From: a virus
Reading direction: 5' to 3' (one strand)
Length of the DNA: 64,000 nucleotides
Virus record (IMG/VR): IMGVR_UViG_3300027976_000007
Span: 64,001-128,000 of that record
Shown: positions 38,501-46,839 of the stretch, in pieces
Numbering within the stretch: position 1 is the stretch's first letter
Layout of the letters: the number at the start of each line of letters is the position of its first letter
The notes under the pieces: model-generated
Told to the model about the DNA's origin: nothing
The model's input: only the letters and a program-made list of their open reading frames with translations
The model's database searches: none
Translations under genes and position numbers: made by a program

Positions 38501-39853
38501 TTATATATCCTTTAATATTGATTCGGCTGAGTAAATACCTTGGCTCCCACTAACCGTAATACCCCTAGCAGATAAAGCATCACCAACGAAATGAATATTA
38601 GGATATTTAGTTAAGGATAAATCTTTATAGCTGACCAAAGGTTCAGGAGAAAGATATTTGACCTCTGGCATGTATATCCCATAGTCATTCCCTAAGGTTG
38701 GGAATACTTCTTTCATATCTTCTATAAATCCCTCAATGTAAAGGGCATAGTCTCCTAAAGCATCATATAAAGGCTGGATTGAATTAACCACATTACATTT
38801 TAAATATTCCCCTTCTGAATTTTTGGAAGGTTGGCGGTTGTTGTTGGGGGAATAAAATGAACCCATTCCTTTATTTTGGAGAGTTTTTACAGCAGTTCTG
38901 GAATACTCAAAGGGGTTTTCTATGTTTTGAATTTCCATCAATATCCCAAAATTAGTCATATTATTACGATGAGCTTCATCTTTTTTGGCATGTCCATTAT
39001 AAGAATGATCCCCGTATGTTTCTTCTATGGCTATATAAGCTGCGTTGTTGTTCGTACAAAAAGTTCTTAACGAAACTCCTTTATCTTCAAATTTTCTATA
39101 TAATTTGAAATCATAACTAATATCAATTAACTTTTGGAAATGATGTTGAGGTGCCTCAAAACGGATCCCTATTTGTACTGATTTAGGTTCAGTTGGTAGG
39201 TCGTATTTTTCTGCTAATTTTTTTCCAAAGTCTATGCCGGATTTACCTACACCAAATATAAGTGTATCGTATTTTAATATCACATTATTGGCCCATTTCA
39301 TACCTTCGGGTAAGCTCTCACTATCCATTTTTGCTGTTTTAGGATAATATACTTTATTATTTTCAAAATCAATATCCGTTACTTTAGTCTCCCATTCAAA
39401 GTGGACACCTTTTCCAACTAAATAATCATACCAGTTCTTTGCAATTTCAGATAAGTAATCTGTCCCTATATGCCAAACAGGAAATAACCTTAAACCAAAA
39501 TAAGGTTTAATGAAATCAGGTTCTGTTTCTGGGTTTGAACAATGGACTTCTTTAGGGTTAGGGTGGAATCGTTTGAAATTATTTATCACCTGATCCATCA
39601 ATTCCATTGCTTTTTCTTCACCACAATATTTAGATAGTTGACCTCCTATTGAAGTATGATAAGTTAATTTACCATCACTCCAACCTCCAGCTCCTAACAT
39701 ACCTTCCATTACCTCACTAGGTAACCTATCATATGGGCCTTTACCCATATCTATTATGGTTATTAGTTCCCCCGGGTAACCATTATCTATTAATTTAGTG
39801 GCAGCATTGATTCCTGAGACTCCGGCTCCTACAATTACTATTTTTTTATCCAT
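38501..39853 (-). CDS. FAD-dependent oxidoreductase (COG2509-like uncharacterised dehydrogenase)
   Basis: IVIVGAGVSG, GAGGWSDGKL, HIGTD, VQIGIRFE, RTFC.N, NGH, TNFGIL, PEVKY, VGDA..RGI. Confidence 0.85.
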   Translation of the reverse strand: MDKKIVIVGAGVSGINAATKLIDNGYPGELITIIDMGKGPYDRLPSEVMEGMLGAGGWSDGKLTYHTSIGGQLSKYCGEEKAMELMDQVINNFKRFHPNPKEVHCSNPETEPDFIKPYFGLRLFPVWHIGTDYLSEIAKNWYDYLVGKGVHFEWETKVTDIDFENNKVYYPKTAKMDSESLPEGMKWANNVILKYDTLIFGVGKSGIDFGKKLAEKYDLPTEPKSVQIGIRFEAPQHHFQKLIDISYDFKLYRKFEDKGVSLRTFCTNNNAAYIAIEETYGDHSYNGHAKKDEAHRNNMTNFGILMEIQNIENPFEYSRTAVKTLQNKGMGSFYSPNNNRQPSKNSEGEYLKCNVVNSIQPLYDALGDYALYIEGFIEDMKEVFPTLGNDYGIYMPEVKYLSPEPLVSYKDLSLTKYPNIHFVGDALSARGITVSGSQGIYSAESILKDI

Positions 39854-39873
39854 TATTTATTATTTATTATTTA

Positions 39874-39905
39874 TTAATATACGAAAAAAAAATGTGGTCT
39901 CCAAA
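39874..39905 (-). promoter_or_regulatory. Bacteroidetes-type promoter
   Basis: TTTG-N20-TATATTAA. Confidence 0.65.
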
Positions 39906-39915
39906 TTCTGATTTT

Positions 39916-40833
39916 TTATTTTATTATATCTGATATTATGTCTTGTAATATAGTATGAACTTCTTTACCTTTGATTAATGATTTAATTGTATATAATCCC
40001 CCTTTAATATAACTAGCACTTTTAATATATTTTATTCCATCTCCCCCGGCTTGTCCTGCCATCAATAATATTACAATGGCATATAAAACATCAGATATAT
40101 TTTTTTTATATTTTTCATTCTTAGTAAACAAACCAACTACTTTTTTTATTGGGGCCTTAAAGGCTTGTTCATTCTTATGAGTGAAATGTTCTATTTTTTT
40201 AGCGGCCTCTTCCCCCTTTCCAAAATTATGTTTAGCAAATTGGTTTTTAGCAAACTTAGACAGCATATGGGCTACCGTGTTAGATAGAAGAATATAACCT
40301 AAAATTCCTATTAAAGATTCATTAAGATCTTTTTTACCTTCTAATTCTTTTTTGATAGCATCCGCTAATTCATCTCCTAAGTCAGCAAATTCATCTCCTA
40401 AGTCAGCAAATTCATTTTCTCTTTCGAATTGTAGGGGTTGAATTCCATTTATGTTCGAAGGGGTGTGTTTCATATTTTTAACACTTAGGGAACCCCCCTC
40501 AAGGTTAGAAAACATTTCATGTAAACATTTTTTAATTTTATTTTTTTCAAAATCTTTATATGAAGATAAATTTAAATCTCTATTTTCTAAAACTTTTTTA
40601 TTTTTCCCTCCTACATCAAGTAAACCTCTAGAATATAAATATCGTGCTTCATCTATCATTTTTAGATACTCATATTTAGACATATGACCTTTATATGAGG
40701 TTAACGGTAAATTAGCGCCTATATAACGCTTAAGTGTAGGGGTCAATATTATGGGTGAAATCAGATTTTCATTTAAAGAAATCGCATACTTTTTAATGGA
40801 GCAGGGACCACATTTATGATTATTATTGCACAT
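39916..40833 (-). CDS. Probable internal virion protein with two hydrophobic helices
   Basis: Cys-rich N-terminus; LNE/LHE linkers; hydrophobic segments LIGILGYILL and VLYAIVILLMAG; 21-bp tandem duplication at 40367-40415. Confidence 0.5.
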   Translation of the reverse strand: MCNNNHKCGPCSIKKYAISLNENLISPIILTPTLKRYIGANLPLTSYKGHMSKYEYLKMIDEARYLYSRGLLDVGGKNKKVLENRDLNLSSYKDFEKNKIKKCLHEMFSNLEGGSLSVKNMKHTPSNINGIQPLQFERENEFADLGDEFADLGDELADAIKKELEGKKDLNESLIGILGYILLSNTVAHMLSKFAKNQFAKHNFGKGEEAAKKIEHFTHKNEQAFKAPIKKVVGLFTKNEKYKKNISDVLYAIVILLMAGQAGGDGIKYIKSASYIKGGLYTIKSLIKGKEVHTILQDIISDIIK

Positions 40834-40834
40834 A

Positions 40835-41932
40835 TTATTTCATTATTTCTTTATAGGTCAATTCTATCTTATTTCCTGATAAATCTCCTTTAGGGTACAC
40901 CTGCTTTTTAGGAACTACTGTAGCTCTTAAACCTCCAGTAATATTCCTTGTAGAATCATGTCTTATATTTAATAATGGTTCCAAATCATACTCTTCTATA
41001 TCTACCATATTTTCTAACACTTTGGAAACCTCAACATATATTGTATCTCCTTTTAGGGTGAAATCTTGAGGTGAATAGGTTTTATATATAACTACAGAAT
41101 TATCTGACCCGAATATTATTAATTCTTCTTCAGATTCAGGTAAATCCAATACTATTACTCCTGAAACTTTGCTTTTTGTTTCTTTATTATACATAGTATA
41201 TATTCCTTTCTTTTTATTCCCTAACTTATCTAGGAAAGGTTTGAAAGTTAATTGTGGGGCAAATCCTCCATTTTGGATTTTGGTGAATAATGCATTTACT
41301 AATTCTCTATATCTAGAGTCTGAACTTTCCCAGAAACCTGCATTGTCTTTTTTTATTGATATAGGATAATCTTTTTTACCTTTTAATATTATATCTGCTT
41401 TTTTACCTCCTTGAGTATCATAACCCACACTTTCTACTTTATTGATATTTTTAACAGTATAAGTTTTATTTTCCCCTTTAAATTTTATAGTTTTAGGACC
41501 ATCCTCTAAATATTTATTTAATTCATCTACTATGATGTCTTCATTTCCTGTACCCGCAGAAGATCTGCCTTGAGAGTTATCAGGTTTAACTACAAAAGTA
41601 ACGGTTTTATATTTTATGGCTCCTGTTGAAGATCCTGGGGCGTTAGGGTCAAAGTTAAAATCTTTTAATTTAGAGATTTTTTCAATATAATCAAACCTTT
41701 CGGTTCTGGGAACTAATATTTTATATTTCTTAGAAGAAATTTTAGCGAAATTTTCATCCCCAAACCCAATTTTTGATTTTAGAATTTGTATAGCATTATA
41801 CATATCATCTTCTTTTAACATACCTTCTATTAATGAATTAAATAAGTTAATGTCTTCAGGGGATGAGGGGTCTAAATATCCTTTGGGGAATTTATAACCG
41901 TACTTTCGTATTAGTTTTTCTATTATTTCCAT
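40835..41932 (-). CDS. PD-(D/E)XK-type nuclease-like protein with a cleavable-looking N-terminal leader
   Basis: AGTGNE..KKADIIL..PISIKK restriction-like motif; leader ends in MLKE. Confidence 0.55.
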   Translation of the reverse strand: MEIIEKLIRKYGYKFPKGYLDPSSPEDINLFNSLIEGMLKEDDMYNAIQILKSKIGFGDENFAKISSKKYKILVPRTERFDYIEKISKLKDFNFDPNAPGSSTGAIKYKTVTFVVKPDNSQGRSSAGTGNEDIIVDELNKYLEDGPKTIKFKGENKTYTVKNINKVESVGYDTQGGKKADIILKGKKDYPISIKKDNAGFWESSDSRYRELVNALFTKIQNGGFAPQLTFKPFLDKLGNKKKGIYTMYNKETKSKVSGVIVLDLPESEEELIIFGSDNSVVIYKTYSPQDFTLKGDTIYVEVSKVLENMVDIEEYDLEPLLNIRHDSTRNITGGLRATVVPKKQVYPKGDLSGNKIELTYKEIMK

Positions 41933-42771
41933 TAAAACCGCATTCCATCAATAATATTTTCTATTTGATCTTTTAGATCTTCCATATAAGAAATTATATC
42001 TGATTTTTGATCTCCAGCCAAAGCATAGGCGCCTCTTCTGGCGTTTTTGATTTCGTAATCTAACTTAGCTACGGAAGATGTAAAACCCAATAATCCCAAA
42101 TCTTCAAAATATTCTTCTTTCCAACCATCATTTGAATATGATTCCTCTTCAAAGTTATCATCAGGTCCTTGTCCTTTATAGACTTCTAATATTAGTTTTT
42201 TTAGTTTAGATTTTTTCATTTTTGTTTCTTGTATTTCTTCGGGTTCAATATCAAAGTTATCATCAGGTCCTTGTCCCTTATAGACTTCTAATATTAGTTT
42301 TTTTAGTTTAGATTTTTTCATTTTTGTTTCTTGTATTTCTTCGGGTTCAATATCATCGATTTCTACATCTTCTGTTTCTTCAGGTTCATCTAAAGGTTCA
42401 GTTTCTTCTTTTGCCCCATATCTTAATATTCGGGAGATGGCTTCTACCGCTCTATGCTCCTCTGGTAGATTTAATAAATAATATTTTTTACCTTCTATTT
42501 GAGCTATCCAACTTCTACCATTATATACTAAGTAAAAACTTTGATCGTTTTTTAGATTAATTCTAAATGTAGTAGGTTTTGGAGAAACCCAGTCTATAGA
42601 ATCTAGAAAGCTATTAAAATCTAAAGATAACAAATCTACAATTATCTTTTTTAATTCTGGGAATTTAGTTATTTCATCATATTCTATAGAACTGTCATCT
42701 ACCTTTTTTATATCTTTTAAGATAGTAGGGATTATAGATTTGACTTTAGATTTTAATTCTTCCTTGTTCAT
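41932..42771 (-). CDS. Probable internal head protein with a duplicated MKKSKLKKLILE segment
   Basis: PKPTTFRINLKN..W.AQIEGKKYYL domain, acidic linker, 34-aa duplication. Confidence 0.55.
   Translation of the reverse strand: MNKEELKSKVKSIIPTILKDIKKVDDSSIEYDEITKFPELKKIIVDLLSLDFNSFLDSIDWVSPKPTTFRINLKNDQSFYLVYNGRSWIAQIEGKKYYLLNLPEEHRAVEAISRILRYGAKEETEPLDEPEETEDVEIDDIEPEEIQETKMKKSKLKKLILEVYKGQGPDDNFDIEPEEIQETKMKKSKLKKLILEVYKGQGPDDNFEEESYSNDGWKEEYFEDLGLLGFTSSVAKLDYEIKNARRGAYALAGDQKSDIISYMEDLKDQIENIIDGMRF
42149..42355. repeat. In-frame tandem duplication, 2 x 102 bp, 1 synonymous mismatch
   Basis: Direct comparison. Confidence 0.95.
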
Positions 42772-42772
42772 T

Positions 42773-42979
42773 TTATTGTAATAAATCGGTTAGAGACCCT
42801 ATTAGGAGATCTATTTGATTATTTATTTTAGGAGTAGAAAATTTTTCAGATTTGAAGTTTTGTAACCTTATAATCGTTCTATTTACTTCCTCCTTCATTT
42901 CCTTTTTAGGGGAGTCTCTTTTTTCATGTTGGGGGTTCAGAGATTCTCTAATTATATTTTTTAATTCGGATTTTTTTAT
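42773..42979 (-). CDS. 68-aa protein starting at ATA: (M)KKSELKNIIRES...
   Basis: Not in the track. The frame is open from ATA (42979), which overlaps the TAA of the upstream gene, to TAA at 42773, one base before the next ATG. Confidence 0.6.
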   Translation of the reverse strand: MKKSELKNIIRESLNPQHEKRDSPKKEMKEEVNRTIIRLQNFKSEKFSTPKINNQIDLLIGSLTDLLQ

Positions 42980-43131
42980 TTGTGGTTTCTTTTAAAATCA
43001 GCAGATAGTTGCTTTATTTTAGTAGCAGCAGCTCTACACCTTTGTTTTGCAACCGCTGTTGATTTTTCTATTTCTGTTTCTATTAATATGATTTGTTCTT
43101 TAATTCCTTCTAATAATTCTTTAGTTTCCAT
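42976..43131 (-). CDS. Histone H1-like (Hc1-family) small basic protein, 51 aa
   Basis: Not in the track. METKELLEGIKEQIILIETEIEKSTAVAKQRCRAAATKIKQLSADFKRNHK resembles the Bacteroidetes Hc1-like pattern (AA..RAR.A...L..L..EFRK). Confidence 0.6.
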   Translation of the reverse strand: METKELLEGIKEQIILIETEIEKSTAVAKQRCRAAATKIKQLSADFKRNHK

Positions 43132-43156
43132 AATTGTTTTTTATTTTTATAATTGT

Positions 43157-43735
43157 TTATTTTATTATTCCTGCTATTACTTGCATTCTTCTTTTGAAGT
43201 CAGATTCTTGCAGTCTTTCGGATTCGGTGATTTCTCTATTTCTTCTCCTTTCCCTCTCTTTAGCAAAGTCTTCATTTGGATATTCTGTATTTATAAAGGG
43301 GGTTGATTTATTTAATTCATTATCATAAGGGGTATCATCTATATTCAAATTGTCTCTAGGAGATCCTACTTCTTTTACAACATGCTGTCTGGTGAAAAAG
43401 GTTAATGAGTTACCTATTTGTTTAGTTAACTTGTCATCTCCTAATTGCCTAGCTCCTTCTAAAGCGGCTTCTAGATTGTTTTGTATATCACCTGATATTC
43501 CAGAAAGTTCTGTTTCCGCATCTTGGTATATGTGCATTTTGTCACCCCCTCCTTCTAAATCGTAAAAATTCTCTAAATCTTCGATTTCTTCATCATCCTT
43601 GATTTCTTCATCTTCAACTTCTTCTTCCTCTTCCTCTTTATCCTTTTTCTTAGTTTCCATAAGTTTAGAATAAAAAGCTTCCTTAAGGTATGGGGGTTTA
43701 ACTGGTAATTTTTTTACTGTTTTTTTCATTTTCAA
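43157..43735 (-). CDS. Acidic internal head protein with a scaffold-like C-terminal motif
   Basis: Late motif at 43745; YLKE, LMET, VKE, ITE, LQE linkers; ends RRMQVIAGIIK. Confidence 0.55.
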   Translation of the reverse strand: MKMKKTVKKLPVKPPYLKEAFYSKLMETKKKDKEEEEEEVEDEEIKDDEEIEDLENFYDLEGGGDKMHIYQDAETELSGISGDIQNNLEAALEGARQLGDDKLTKQIGNSLTFFTRQHVVKEVGSPRDNLNIDDTPYDNELNKSTPFINTEYPNEDFAKERERRRNREITESERLQESDFKRRMQVIAGIIK

Positions 43736-43766
43736 TTTCGTTTATTATAAATATTAAATCCTACGT

Positions 43767-44066
43767 TTAAGATACATCCATCTCATCTTCATCGGCTTCA
43801 AACCCTTTAGATCTTAAAGAATTTATAATTTCTTCAGAGTTGTATTTGTCCCCTACTCCCCCTTCAACCTCAATCCCTATCCTTTTTAGGAAAGCATTCG
43901 TTTCGTCTTTGTTTAAAGTTTTTCTTTCTCCGTTTTTTAGGTAAAAGTATGCTTTATAAAAACGTGACCCTGGATAAGTATAAGATATCAAGATTCTTTT
44001 GATTTTTATAGCATCCCTTAGAGATAATTCTTCCTTTATTAATTTTTTTAGTTCAAATTTTTTCAT
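43767..44066 (-). CDS. Small protein with N-terminal MKKFELKKLIKEE tag
   Basis: ORF plus the shared tag. Confidence 0.6.
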   Translation of the reverse strand: MKKFELKKLIKEELSLRDAIKIKRILISYTYPGSRFYKAYFYLKNGERKTLNKDETNAFLKRIGIEVEGGVGDKYNSEEIINSLRSKGFEADEDEMDVS

Positions 44067-44623
44067 TTTTTTAATTTTTCTAAGTTTTCTATAGTTTTGT
44101 TAAGACTATCTAATATTTTTTCTTTATCTACCCCACCAATCCAATTTTCTAAATCTCCATTTTCGGAGATGAAGGAATTGGAAGTTTCATTTATTTGTTC
44201 TAAAACCCAATTTTTATATCCTTTAATAAAACCTTCTAAATCAGCATTATGGATATTTTTTTCATATTGAACATATAGACCTGCCTTTTTTAAGTCATGT
44301 TCAAAATCAATAACACAGTCAAAACACATTTTATGTACTTTATAATAATCAGGGTCGAACCTCTTTTTCATCAGGTTAGTACAGTTAGGGCAAAATAAAG
44401 GTGGAATATTTAAGGCCCTTGCCTTATCTAATTTAGTTATGTTTTGTTTTATTCCTTCTTTTATAGTCCATTTCCTTCCATCTTCTTCCCAAATGTCTCC
44501 TTCAGAATAGAATTCTTTTGGTTTACTGTATCCTGAACTTGATCCTGTTTTCTCTTCAGATTTACCTTGGATGAGATTTCTCATCCTTTGAACTTCCTTT
44601 TTATTAAATTCTTTTTTTAACAT
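44063..44623 (-). CDS. Zinc-finger hypothetical protein
   Basis: GDIWEEDGRKWTIKEGIKQN; CPNC..CFDC. Confidence 0.65.
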   Translation of the reverse strand: MLKKEFNKKEVQRMRNLIQGKSEEKTGSSSGYSKPKEFYSEGDIWEEDGRKWTIKEGIKQNITKLDKARALNIPPLFCPNCTNLMKKRFDPDYYKVHKMCFDCVIDFEHDLKKAGLYVQYEKNIHNADLEGFIKGYKNWVLEQINETSNSFISENGDLENWIGGVDKEKILDSLNKTIENLEKLKK

Positions 44624-46839
44624 TATAATCCTAATTCTTTTAATTCCTTAATAGTTTGGGTCGTTGATTTAAATAATATACCAATACCCCCGGCCTTATT
44701 CCAATTTATTATGGTTTCCTCCCTATCATCGATTAATATATCATTGGAGGTTAATTTAGGTTTTATTAAATGTTTTTCCTTAGCAGGTTTCATATTCATT
44801 TTAGGTTTTGAAGGGAAAAGACCTTTGTTAACCCATATATCTAACCAAGCTTTTTTACCTTCTACTGATTGTTCTTTGATAGAAGGAGCAGTAAGAAGTT
44901 CATAATTATATTTAGATACAAACTTAATTAATTTTTTAGCTTCAGGCAGGGGAGGAATTCCTTTCCAGAACACCATTTTATTAGGACCTTCATCTATAAA
45001 ATCCCAAAAAGCTTTAACCCCAAATTCATCTCTATAATCCCCAGGACTTATACCTTGAGATAATTCAGTAAATCTTCCATCAAAATCTGCTATTACCCCA
45101 TCCATATCAACATATATCATAGGGTTATCCAATTTAAAAGATTCAAATAAAGGCAAAGATAAAGATTTAGATCTAGTTCTCCATTTGGAAAGTATTTTAT
45201 CCTTTTGCAAAGAAGTGAGTTCTTGGTCTTCTAGATAAGCATCAATAACATCCTTCATTGGTTTTTTTGATTTTTTAGCTTGAGTATACATCCCATATAA
45301 CATAGCATCTATCTCTGTAGGTAAAGTGAAATATTTCCAATATGGATTTTTTCCTGTTTCTATTTTATCTCTAAGATCATTGTCTTTGTCTAAGTCAAAA
45401 TCTTTGGATGGGGTTTTATTAAGACCATCCTGAGTAAGATGTTCTATTTCATGTCTAAGTATGTCAGAGACTGCATAGGATACTTTTTCCCATATTTGGG
45501 GGAAATCTTCTTTGGGGACTTTAAAAATAAGTTGGATTTTGGCAGGTTTTGAAGCAAATGATCCACCTTCATCATAAAATTCATATGATTTAGTATTTAG
45601 GGATGCTTCTAGATTGAATTTTAACCCTGATTCTTCAACTTTAAATTTTAGTTTAGAAAGTTGATTACCTTCTTCAACATCATACTTCCAACCTTTAATT
45701 ACCTGGTTAGTAAGTTTGGTTACTAGACTATCATATTTACCTTCCTTTAAGTTTATTACTTCGTGGAAAAAAGATATTGCTTTTTCATTCAAACCAAATA
45801 TGTCTTTTGATTCCTTTACATCCCAATTCTTATTAACGGTTTCTAAATCTCCTTTTTCCGTTTGAGATAACAGTTCATCATAGGAAATAGATTCATTTAA
45901 ACTATCAGTCCAATTTCTAAAATTCATATTTCCATTTAAATATGCTTCTTTTTCTAATTCCACTAAACCCTCATCTTCGTTAGTGTTGGTTGTTTGTATA
46001 TTACCTAATCGGTTTTCTAAATCTTGCAAATAATGAATAATCTCATGGGAATAAGATCTAATTAAATCTTTAGGATGTCTTCCTTCAGTATATAAAACTA
46101 TAGTTTGATTTGTAGGATCATAATAAGCAGTTTTTCCAAAGAAATCTTTTGCGTTTTTTACATCTCCATGTTTGAATATAACTTTAGGGAGGGTTTTGAT
46201 TTCTGGATGTTTATTTAAGAACCATTTAGTGAGGGATTTTATTTGGGATTTATAGTCTATCTCTTTAGAGTAAGTAGCATCCTCGTTTAGTTCCTCTAGG
46301 GTTTTGTTATCTAGAATATTAAATATTTCTTCCTTTTCATTCTCAGATAATTCGCTAGGTAAATATTTTGAAAATTCTTCAATACCTTGTTTTAATGCCT
46401 TTCTAGCATTTGATCCGCTCATACTTCCATCTGGGGTTGATATTATCTTGAGAACCATATTAGGGTATTTTGAATCTATATTTTTGGTTCTCTGTTTAAT
46501 ATCCAATTCGTCATCTTCCCTACCCTCTCTACTCCCTATAACAAAATATATTAGGCCTTGGGGGTTGTTTTTTGCTAGTCTTAATATTTCCCCTATAGGG
46601 GCATGGGCGGGGATAAGTTTTACTTTAGAAGGGAGATATTTTAAATATATTTCCCATATTTTTATAGATAATTCTTGAGATATACCACCCCTTTCTCCAC
46701 CCCCAACATAAATTATAAACTCACCAACGTTTGGGAGTGCTTCTAATGCTTTTTTAACTACAGAAAGATGGCCTGCGGTTGGAGGTTTGAAGGACCCTCC
46801 AAAAACTGCTGTAGGGTTCTTTTGAGTTGGTGAAGTCAT
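44623..46839 (-). CDS. Multidomain protein: HxGH-type nucleotidyltransferase + two HExxH domains + HAD 5'(3')-nucleotidase
   Basis: AVFGGSFKPPTAGH and MSGSNAR; SHEIIHYLQ; RHEIEHLTQ..EIDA; IYVDMDGVIADF..LLTAP..LIDDR. Confidence 0.8.
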   Translation of the reverse strand: MTSPTQKNPTAVFGGSFKPPTAGHLSVVKKALEALPNVGEFIIYVGGGERGGISQELSIKIWEIYLKYLPSKVKLIPAHAPIGEILRLAKNNPQGLIYFVIGSREGREDDELDIKQRTKNIDSKYPNMVLKIISTPDGSMSGSNARKALKQGIEEFSKYLPSELSENEKEEIFNILDNKTLEELNEDATYSKEIDYKSQIKSLTKWFLNKHPEIKTLPKVIFKHGDVKNAKDFFGKTAYYDPTNQTIVLYTEGRHPKDLIRSYSHEIIHYLQDLENRLGNIQTTNTNEDEGLVELEKEAYLNGNMNFRNWTDSLNESISYDELLSQTEKGDLETVNKNWDVKESKDIFGLNEKAISFFHEVINLKEGKYDSLVTKLTNQVIKGWKYDVEEGNQLSKLKFKVEESGLKFNLEASLNTKSYEFYDEGGSFASKPAKIQLIFKVPKEDFPQIWEKVSYAVSDILRHEIEHLTQDGLNKTPSKDFDLDKDNDLRDKIETGKNPYWKYFTLPTEIDAMLYGMYTQAKKSKKPMKDVIDAYLEDQELTSLQKDKILSKWRTRSKSLSLPLFESFKLDNPMIYVDMDGVIADFDGRFTELSQGISPGDYRDEFGVKAFWDFIDEGPNKMVFWKGIPPLPEAKKLIKFVSKYNYELLTAPSIKEQSVEGKKAWLDIWVNKGLFPSKPKMNMKPAKEKHLIKPKLTSNDILIDDREETIINWNKAGGIGILFKSTTQTIKELKELGL

